Origin: Fimbriimonadales bacterium
GTDB taxonomy: Bacteria > Armatimonadota > Fimbriimonadia > Fimbriimonadales > JABRVX01
Assembly: GCA_045862955.1 (NCBI GenBank)
Contig: BTVI01000013.1
Span: forward strand, 1-64,000
Reading direction: 5' to 3'
Length of the DNA stretch: 64,000 nt
Positions within the stretch are counted from its first letter, which is position 1. Every line of letters begins with the position of its first letter. Shown here one piece after another: positions 57,071 through 64,000 of the stretch. A program made the position numbers and the translations under genes. The notes below the pieces were generated by a model. It did not search any database. It had not been told where the DNA came from and worked only from the letters and a program-made list of their open reading frames with translations.

Positions 57071-59782
57071 ATGAACGCCCGAGAGCTGCGAACCAAATAT
57101 CTCGACTTCTTCGACACCAAGGACCACCTGAGGATGCCCAGCGACAGCCTGGTGCCGGACGACCCATCGCTGCTGTTCACGAGCGCGGGCATGGTTCAGT
57201 TCAAGCCGTACTTCCTGGGTGTAGCTAAGCCTCCGCACCCCCGCCTAAGCAGCTCTCAGAAGTGCCTGCGCACAACGGACATCGAAGAGGTCGGCAACCC
57301 TAGCCATCTTACGTTTTTCGAAATGCTAGGGAACTTCAGTATCGGAGATTACTTCAAACGCGAGGCCATCGCCTGGGCTTGGGAGTTCCTGACCGACCGG
57401 AAGTGGCTCGCGCTCGACCCCGACCGGCTGTGTGTCAGCGTCTTCGAGACGGACGACGAGGCGTTCGAGCTATGGCGCGATATGGTGGGGTTGCCGGAGA
57501 ACCGGATCAACCGCCTGGGCGAGGACAAGAACTACTGGCCAGCCAACGCGCTCAGCGAAGGCCCGAATGGCCCGTGTGGTCCCTGCACCGAGATCTTCTA
57601 TCGTACGGTGCCCGCCGAGCAGCTGAGCGGCAACTTTCGCGAGGATGACAAAGCCGGGCGGTGGCTCGAGATTTGGAACCTGGTGCTGATGCAATTCCAG
57701 CGCTGCTCGGACCCCAACGACCTGATGAAGGACGTCGAGATGCTGCCCCTACCCCGGCCGAGCATCGACACCGGGATGGGATTGGAGCGCACGGCGCGAG
57801 TTCTCTCGGAGCTTCCGAGCGTCTACCATACCGACACCTTCGCACCCATCGTCGAGGCGATCGCGCGGCTAGCACGAACCGACCCGTACGCCGACGAGCG
57901 CGCAACTCGGGCCACGCGAGTGATCGCTGATCACTTGCGCGCTGCCTCGTTCTGCATCGCCGACGGCGTGCTGCCGCAGAACTCCGGCCGCGGCTACGTA
58001 TTGCGCCGGCTCATCCGCCGCGCGGTGCTGAAGGGGCAGATGGTGCTCGGGTTCCAGCAGCCGTTTCTGGCAGAGCTCTTCCCTGCCGTCGTTGACGCTT
58101 TGGGCGATCCCTATTCGGAACTGGTGGAGCGCTTCGATCACATCGCGAGGACCCTGGCCACGGAAGAGCAGAGCTTTCGGCGCACCCTGCGTGCCGGGAC
58201 GGAGCGCTTCTACTCCATCGCAGGGGAACAGCGTCCCGCTGGTTGGGTTTTTCCTGGTGAGGCGGCGTTCGACTTGTACGACACCTTCGGCTTCCCGCTA
58301 GAGGTGACGCGCGAGCTGGTAGAGCAGATGGATGGCACCGTGGACATGGCTGGCTACGAGAAAGCGCTCGAGCAGCAACGGGCCCGCTCGAAGGCCGGCC
58401 ACGGGCTCGCTGACGAACTGTTCTGCCACGACCAGATCGAGCTCTACACCTCGGGAGAGGCTAAGCCGTTCACTCGCTTCGTGGGCTACCACCAGCTGGA
58501 GGTTCCGGCTCGCATCGTTCAGGTCAGCCCGCTGCCGAATGAATGTGGCGATGCCGCCGAGCTGTTCGATGTCGCGTTAGACGTGACGCCTTTCTATGCG
58601 GAGGCGGGTGGCCAAGTCGGTGACACAGGCACGATCTCCTGTGAGGCGTTCGAGCTACGGGTGCAGGACACCCAGCGAGCTCAGGAGATCACGTGGCATC
58701 GGTGCTCGGTGGTCCGGTCGGACGAGCCGCTGGTTGGTGTGCCGGTGCAGCGGCAGCGGGAGCTGCTCGCTTCTGGCTATCTCTTCCGCGACGTGACGGC
58801 ATCGGTGGACGCCCAGCGAAGACGGCACATCGTCCGCAATCACACGGCTACGCACTTGCTCCACGCTGCGCTTCGAAAGGTGCTCGGCGAGCACGTGCAT
58901 CAGGCCGGCTCGCTGGTCGCGCCCGAGTATCTGCGCTTCGACTTCACACACCACAAGGCGATGAGCGATGAGCAGATCGCCGAGGTGGAACGGATCGTGA
59001 ACGAATGGGTGCTACAGGAGGCTGAGGTCGTCATCGAGTCGCAGGTGCCGGTCGCTGAAGCGAAGGCGCGGGGGGCGATGGCCTTGTTCGGTGAGAAATA
59101 CGGTGATACGGTCCGCGTGGTGCAGGTTCCCGGGTTTAGTATCGAGTTGTGCGGCGGCTGCCACGTCTCCAACACCGCGAAGATAGGGCTTTTCAAGATC
59201 GTGCACGAAGGCAGCGTCGCAGGCGGTGTGCGGCGTATCGAGGCGTTGACAGGCGAGAACGCCTATCGCTGGGCCATCGAACGCGACCGCCTACTGCGCG
59301 ATGCCGCTGCAAAGCTCAAGACCACGCCCACCGAGCTAGGGGCGGCCATCGAGCGGTTACAGGCCGAGGTCCGGGACCTGAAGCGCCAGCTGGAGCGAGC
59401 AGTTCAGGGTGGCGCGGGACAGCAGCCTGCGATGGTGTGTGAAGTCAACGGGGTGCCTCTGGTGGTGCAGGCGCTGCAAGATGTGCCGCTGTCTTCCGCT
59501 TCGAGTATCGCCGACCGTTTGGCGGATCAGCACAAGGAGGCAGTGGTGCTGGTGGGCGCTGCCGCCGATGGCAAGGTAACCTTCGTGGCCAAAGTGCCGG
59601 AGGGGGCACGGCAACATGGTGCACACGCCGGCAACCTGGTGCGAGAGATTGCTGCGGCGGCGGGTGGCTCCGGCGGCGGACGCCCCGACTTTGCCCAGGC
59701 GGGTGCGAAGGACCCGTCGCGCATGAACGACGCCCTATCCACCGCGCCGGCCGTCCTCGCTTCGCAGATAAGCGGCCGTTAG
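57071..59782 (+). CDS. alaS: Alanine--tRNA ligase
   Basis: LLFTSAGMVQFK, TFFEMLGNFS, IDTGMGLER, editing HTATHLLH and ELCGGCH, GGGRPDFAQAG. Confidence 0.99.
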   Translation: MNARELRTKYLDFFDTKDHLRMPSDSLVPDDPSLLFTSAGMVQFKPYFLGVAKPPHPRLSSSQKCLRTTDIEEVGNPSHLTFFEMLGNFSIGDYFKREAIAWAWEFLTDRKWLALDPDRLCVSVFETDDEAFELWRDMVGLPENRINRLGEDKNYWPANALSEGPNGPCGPCTEIFYRTVPAEQLSGNFREDDKAGRWLEIWNLVLMQFQRCSDPNDLMKDVEMLPLPRPSIDTGMGLERTARVLSELPSVYHTDTFAPIVEAIARLARTDPYADERATRATRVIADHLRAASFCIADGVLPQNSGRGYVLRRLIRRAVLKGQMVLGFQQPFLAELFPAVVDALGDPYSELVERFDHIARTLATEEQSFRRTLRAGTERFYSIAGEQRPAGWVFPGEAAFDLYDTFGFPLEVTRELVEQMDGTVDMAGYEKALEQQRARSKAGHGLADELFCHDQIELYTSGEAKPFTRFVGYHQLEVPARIVQVSPLPNECGDAAELFDVALDVTPFYAEAGGQVGDTGTISCEAFELRVQDTQRAQEITWHRCSVVRSDEPLVGVPVQRQRELLASGYLFRDVTASVDAQRRRHIVRNHTATHLLHAALRKVLGEHVHQAGSLVAPEYLRFDFTHHKAMSDEQIAEVERIVNEWVLQEAEVVIESQVPVAEAKARGAMALFGEKYGDTVRVVQVPGFSIELCGGCHVSNTAKIGLFKIVHEGSVAGGVRRIEALTGENAYRWAIERDRLLRDAAAKLKTTPTELGAAIERLQAEVRDLKRQLERAVQGGAGQQPAMVCEVNGVPLVVQALQDVPLSSASSIADRLADQHKEAVVLVGAAADGKVTFVAKVPEGARQHGAHAGNLVREIAAAAGGSGGGRPDFAQAGAKDPSRMNDALSTAPAVLASQISGR

Positions 59783-59912
59783 CCTAACCTCTCGCGCTCT
59801 GCCCCGGCCCGGGTCCGCCGCATTCCTCCGACCCGCCGCACACCGCCACCCCAAGGACCGCGCCGGGGCAATCGTGCCCCCTCTGCCACCCGCTGCCTGC
59901 GGTGCGGCGGGC

Positions 59913-59964
59913 CGCCCGTATTGTCGCCGTCCCGGCGATTGACGCTCCGGCGGGACGCCGGAGC
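59913..59964. repeat. REP-like repeat copy plus adjacent hairpin
   Basis: CGCCCGTATTGTCGCCGTCCCGGCGAT (59913-59939) and GCTCCGGCG/CGCCGGAGC stem (59944-59964). Confidence 0.6.
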
Positions 59965-59968
59965 CGAG

Positions 59969-60886
59969 CTACGGCGTGCGGATACGTGGCAGGAGGAGGG
60001 CCAGGCCGAGGCGCAGCAGGCTCTTCCCTCTCAGCGGATAGAGGCGCAAGGAGTGCAGATACCACCGCCTTGCCGTGCGCGCATCGCCGAAGAGGTGGCT
60101 CAGCGTCCCCAGCGCGGCTGCCGAGTGCGCCAATGCCCGCGCCATCGCCCGCCTATCGGCGGCCCGAGCGAGCAGCTCGGCCTCGCACGCATGAATCCGG
60201 GTATGCCTGATGTCCATCTCCTCGCGGTTCATCCGCTCGACCCGCACTTTGCTCGTCTGCGCCTCGTGCACCCTGTAGCGCACGAGGTCCTCGTCTACGA
60301 AGGTGAACTCCGTGCGCTTCGCCATCCGAAGAAATAGGTCCCAGTCCCCCAGGCACTGCAGGTCCTCGCGAAACCGCCCGCAGTCGTGCCACAACTCCTT
60401 CTGAAACATGACTGTGCTCGGAAAGCACCAGTTATGATAGATGAGCGGGACCAGCGCGTCGCCGCTCGGTAACCGCATCAGCGTGTGCCCGAACACGTGA
60501 TAGGTGCAGGCTCCTCCCGATGAATCTACGAAGTGGCCGTTCGTGAAGCTGAAACCGCGCTCTCCCAGAGAGGCTGTCTGCGCCTCGAGCTTGCGCGGCT
60601 CCCACGCGTCGTCCGAGTTCAGGATGGCAATCCAGTCTCCGGTGGCTTGCTCGATGGCGAGGTTCAAAGCGGCGTAGGTTCCAACGTTCTGGGTGAGCAG
60701 CATCGGGCGAATGCGGCCTTCGTACCCTTTGGCTATGGCGGGCGACGCGTCGCTGCTCGCGTCGTCAATCAGCAGAGTCTCGCGCGGAGGTGCGGTCTGC
60801 GACAGCACGCTCTCGATGCACTCCCGAAGGAAGCGCTCGTGGTTGTAGCTCGTGATCACGACGCTGACGCTAGGTGGTCTGCTCAC
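59969..60886 (-). CDS. Glycosyltransferase family 2
   Basis: VSVVITSYN, IDDASSD, LNSDD, DWDL.LR, YRVH. Confidence 0.95.
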   Translation of the reverse strand: MSRPPSVSVVITSYNHERFLRECIESVLSQTAPPRETLLIDDASSDASPAIAKGYEGRIRPMLLTQNVGTYAALNLAIEQATGDWIAILNSDDAWEPRKLEAQTASLGERGFSFTNGHFVDSSGGACTYHVFGHTLMRLPSGDALVPLIYHNWCFPSTVMFQKELWHDCGRFREDLQCLGDWDLFLRMAKRTEFTFVDEDLVRYRVHEAQTSKVRVERMNREEMDIRHTRIHACEAELLARAADRRAMARALAHSAAALGTLSHLFGDARTARRWYLHSLRLYPLRGKSLLRLGLALLLPRIRTP

Positions 60887-60986
60887 GCACTGCCTGGTTC
60901 TCGCTCGCTCAGGCAGGTCCTGTCAGCCCGGTCACACAGGTAACATTAGGGGCAATGCGGCGAGCTCGTCCTCGCGAAAGCCCATC

Positions 60987-61925
60987 ATGATTGCTCCCTA
61001 CATCATCGGCATAGACATCGGCGGCACCAAGTGCGCGGTGAGCCTCGCTCGCCACAGCGAGATCGTGGGACGCTGGGAGTTTCCCACGGAGGAAGAGCCG
61101 CGTCCCGAGGCGGTACTGAGACGCCTTGCCCACCTGGCCGACGCCGCCACCGAACATATCGGGGTGTCGCGTCAGGATGTGATCGGTGTCGGCGTGTCGT
61201 GCGGAGGGCCGCTCGATCCCGAGACCGGCACGATCCTATCTCCACCCAACCTGCCCGGTTGGGATGCCGTGCCCGCAAAGGACATCCTGGAACAAGCACT
61301 GCTTCTGCCCGTGAAGGTGGAGAACGATGCGAACGCAACCGCGTTGGCCGAATGGCGCCTGGGGGCAGGCCGCGGTTGCCGCTCGATGGCGTTCCTCACC
61401 GTGGGCACGGGCATTGGAGCGGGTCTGATTCTGGACGGCAAGCTCTATCGCGGCAAGCGCGGCCTCGCGGGCGAGATAGGCCACGCCACGATCCTTCCCG
61501 AAGGACCGCCCTGCCTCTGCGGGAAGGTTGGGTGTCTCGAGGCTCTCGCGTCCGGCTCGGCACTCGGCCGCACCGCCACCGCCCTCTTCCACGGTCGAAC
61601 GGAAGGGTCCGCGTCTTCGCGCGAGGTCACGGGACGAGAAGTGGTGGAGGCGTTCCACCGGGGGGACCCGCAGGCACGAGAAATCGTGCTCCGCTCCGCC
61701 GCGTATCTCGGCATCGGCATCGCTAACTTGCTGCACACGCTGGATCTCGAGCGGGTCATCCTCGGCACCGTCGCCATCCACGCGGGCGAGGAGTATCTGG
61801 AGGCCGTGCGCGGTTCGGTGGAAGCGCACTGCTGGCCCAGCATCTGGGAGGGAGTCCAGATCCTGCCTTGCGGCTTGGGCGACCGTGCGCAAGACTACGC
61901 CGGAATCAGCCTGTGGCTCGAGTAG
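60987..61925 (+). CDS. ROK-family sugar kinase (glucokinase-like)
   Basis: GIDIGGTK, ENDANA, GTGIGAG, GEIGH, CLCGKVGCLE; no N-terminal HTH. Confidence 0.93.
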   Translation: MIAPYIIGIDIGGTKCAVSLARHSEIVGRWEFPTEEEPRPEAVLRRLAHLADAATEHIGVSRQDVIGVGVSCGGPLDPETGTILSPPNLPGWDAVPAKDILEQALLLPVKVENDANATALAEWRLGAGRGCRSMAFLTVGTGIGAGLILDGKLYRGKRGLAGEIGHATILPEGPPCLCGKVGCLEALASGSALGRTATALFHGRTEGSASSREVTGREVVEAFHRGDPQAREIVLRSAAYLGIGIANLLHTLDLERVILGTVAIHAGEEYLEAVRGSVEAHCWPSIWEGVQILPCGLGDRAQDYAGISLWLE

Positions 61926-61952
61926 AGAGTACACTCACAGCGAGGTGAAGCC

Positions 61953-63185
61953 ATGTGGTCGGTGTGCGTGCTTCTCGTGGCAGTCAGCCATGCTGTAGCC
62001 CATCCCAATCAAGACCAGCCCCAGGAACCGCGGAAGCCTGGATGGTTACTCAACCAAGTGTTCCCTAACCCCACGGGTGACAACGGCATCGAGGACCTTC
62101 TCATCGCCGCGGAGATGCTGGACGGGAACCGAGCCTTCCGCGAGTACGAGGAGCTGTGGATCGACGGACAGGCCACACTGCAGCACAAGCGCTCCACGGT
62201 CACTTCTTGCAAAGCGGTGCTTGCTCGCATTCGCACCGGGTTGGCGCGCGAGAGCTTCCGTTTCCGCGAGAGTGTGACCTTCGACACGCCGTTGCCTGGG
62301 TACGGGCACCTTCGGCGTCTCGCGAAGCTGCTGAGCGCCGAGCAGGAGGTGCACTTCGCCGACGGCCGCGAAATGCAGGCGATTGACAGCTTTCGTGACG
62401 GCTATCGCTTGGGACAGCTGCTGGACCAGCAGATGCTGATTTCAGGCCTGGTCGGGGTGGTCTGCAGCGGCTTGTCGCTAGCCCCTCTCGCGCGGCGGCT
62501 CGACCAGCTGGACTACAGGGAGTGCCAGTACCTCCGTAAGGTATGCGAGCAGTTGCTCGAGCACCCGAGCGGGGTGCCGAGCATGCTGATGGGAGAGCTG
62601 CGGTGTTCCCTGGAGTTCCTGCAGCGCTCGGGCGAAAGAGACTGGGTGAGCTATCTGATCGAATTCGGCTATGGAGATTTGGAGGAAGGCTGGACCGAAG
62701 ATTCTGCCGCGCTGAGGGCGGCTGTGGAAGAACATCCCGAGTTGCTGGAGCAAGCGGCCAGACAAGCGCAAGAGATCGTACGCCGGTACTACAGCGAGCT
62801 GCTTGCCGAGCTTCAGAAGCCCGCGTGGGAGCGCACGTACCCGGACCCGCTGAAGGAGGACGACGGTTCTTGGCCATGGTTGCTCGCACGGGCCTTGATG
62901 CCGCCGTGGTCCACAATAGCCGATCGGTTCACTGCCGACCGGGCCCGACTGCAGCTACTGGCCGTGCACGCTGCAGTTCTCGAGTACCGCTGGTGGTATG
63001 GAGTGACGCCGGCGGACCTCTCGAAGTTGAACCTAGGGGAGACTGCCACCGATCCCTTCACCGGCAAGCCGCTGATCTACAAGCGGCTGGGCGACTACCG
63101 CTTCAAGCTCTACTCCGCCGGACCGAACAAGGAAGACGACGACGGCGATCGCGACTCCGACGTGGTGCTCGTGCGGGACATGTGA
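61953..63185 (+). CDS. Exported helical protein with a GspG-like C-terminal motif
   Basis: Signal peptide; Y....G..P..L..L....DPFTGKPLIY....KLYSAGPN..DD.G; GAGGTG SD. Confidence 0.7.
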   Translation: MWSVCVLLVAVSHAVAHPNQDQPQEPRKPGWLLNQVFPNPTGDNGIEDLLIAAEMLDGNRAFREYEELWIDGQATLQHKRSTVTSCKAVLARIRTGLARESFRFRESVTFDTPLPGYGHLRRLAKLLSAEQEVHFADGREMQAIDSFRDGYRLGQLLDQQMLISGLVGVVCSGLSLAPLARRLDQLDYRECQYLRKVCEQLLEHPSGVPSMLMGELRCSLEFLQRSGERDWVSYLIEFGYGDLEEGWTEDSAALRAAVEEHPELLEQAARQAQEIVRRYYSELLAELQKPAWERTYPDPLKEDDGSWPWLLARALMPPWSTIADRFTADRARLQLLAVHAAVLEYRWWYGVTPADLSKLNLGETATDPFTGKPLIYKRLGDYRFKLYSAGPNKEDDDGDRDSDVVLVRDM

Positions 63186-63198
63186 CACTTCGCGCCCG

Positions 63199-63314
63199 TT
63201 TGGGAGTGCGCGAGCCTGCTCGCGCTATCGAGACTGCGGCGACTCCCATAGGCTCGGACGGCCGCTGCTGCTAGGTAGGCTATCACAGCGCGAGCCTGCT
63301 CGCGCACTCCCAAA
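63199..63314. repeat. REPIN-like inverted doublet
   Basis: TTTGGGAGTGCGCGAGCCTGCTCGCGCT ... AGCGCGAGCCTGCTCGCGCACTCCCAAA, 60-nt spacer. Confidence 0.75.
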
Positions 63315-63324
63315 GGCGCAGTAG

Positions 63325-63639
63325 CTACTCTGCCAGGTCGCCCTTCTCGTACGCCGCAACTTGGCGGGCGATGTCGGGGATGTTCTGAAGACCCTTCGAT
63401 GGGTCGGTTAGGTGTGCGCCCTCCAGCACCTGCTTCACGTTCTCTGCGCTCACCCGAGCACCGGCGTCCTTCAGTGCAGAGCGTGCGAGTTCGATGACCT
63501 CACCCTCGCTCTTCTCGATTTTCGTCGCCTGGATGAAATTTCGTGCAGCATCCAATTCGGCCTGCGCGTACTTCGACCCGCCGCATCCCACGAGCAGCGC
63601 AACAACCGCGACGAACAGGCTAATGTGCACCCAGCGCAT
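63325..63639 (-). CDS. Small lipoprotein of unknown function
   Basis: Lipobox LVG/C; TATACT 6 nt before the ATG. Confidence 0.8.
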   Translation of the reverse strand: MRWVHISLFVAVVALLVGCGGSKYAQAELDAARNFIQATKIEKSEGEVIELARSALKDAGARVSAENVKQVLEGAHLTDPSKGLQNIPDIARQVAAYEKGDLAE

Positions 63640-63698
63640 GGGCGGAGTATACCGGTGTATGCACAGGAGATCGGGCTCGTGCGCCTAACCTGAGGGAG

Positions 63699-64000
63699 AT
63701 GCCGTATCCGATGTTCGACGTCAGCCGCCTGCACATCGAGCCGTTCGCCAACCGCGAGAACCTGCACCGGCTGGACGAGATGCCGCGACTCGACGAGCCC
63801 TTCGAGCCGATGCCGAACCCCGACATCTGCGCCATCGCACGCGACATTCTGCGCGCTCGCGACCGGGGAGCGACGGTGCTGCTCTCGATGGGTGCACACG
63901 TGGTGAAGTCGGGCCTGTGCCGGTTCGTAATCGATTTGATGCGCCAGGGCTACGTGACACACGTGGCCACCAACGGCGCGGGCCCCATTCACGACTTCGA
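63699..64000 (+). CDS. Conserved hypothetical protein, possibly deoxyhypusine-synthase-like (partial, runs off the window)
   Basis: Own translation: MPYPMFDVSRL...VLLSMGAHVVKSGL..FVIDLM..GYVTHVATNGAGPIHDF; GAGGGAG upstream. Confidence 0.65.
   Translation, partial: MPYPMFDVSRLHIEPFANRENLHRLDEMPRLDEPFEPMPNPDICAIARDILRARDRGATVLLSMGAHVVKSGLCRFVIDLMRQGYVTHVATNGAGPIHDF

Noticed and set aside
1..64000. CRISPR arrays, tRNA/rRNA genes, IS transposases, integrases, reverse transcriptases, defence systems
   Set aside because: No regularly spaced repeats or diagnostic motifs seen by eye; short RNAs could be missed without a covariance search

Overview
GC-rich bacterial chromosomal window with about 53 protein-coding genes. 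I saw no rRNA, tRNA, CRISPR array, transposase or phage genes. The gene content suggests Armatimonadota (inference only): DUF1559-type prepilins with an H-X9-DG tail, and secreted proteins with OB-fold-like repeats and a dockerin-like tail. Left end: a type IV pilus/T2SS-like operon (GAF-HD-GYP, pilM, pilN, pilO, pilP/gspC-like, secretin, pilB/gspE, pilC start) divergent from three minor-pilin genes. It is followed by tkt, a degenerate pgl, a 1060-aa secreted OB-fold/dockerin-like protein and a DUF1559 prepilin. Middle: pepF, a CDF transporter, dusB, hydrolases, an NtrC-type two-component pair, a YfhO-like GT-C, tpx, a trans-sulfuration enzyme, a second DUF1559 prepilin, S2P-CBS, glycoside hydrolases and two convergent histidine-kinase/HD-GYP/HDOD operons. 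Right end: NCS2 permease, DUF922 zincin with a dockerin-like tail, pepV, alaS, GT2, ROK kinase and lipoproteins. Most notable observations: (1) an ~140-aa C-terminal module shared by two unrelated secreted proteins, a candidate lineage-specific sorting/anchoring tag possibly linked to the pilus/secretin machinery and DUF1559 pilins; (2) seven genes with a -10 hexamer exactly 6 nt before the ATG and no Shine-Dalgarno (leaderless mRNAs); (3) C-terminal Ala-Ala degron-like ends confined to signalling proteins; (4) a sigma54 activator with no DNA-binding domain; (5) two promoter-to-terminator non-coding transcript candidates; (6) a dispersed REP-like hairpin family and a REPIN-like element; (7) several enzymes with substituted catalytic residues. 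All assignments come from motif reading by eye; no searches were run.
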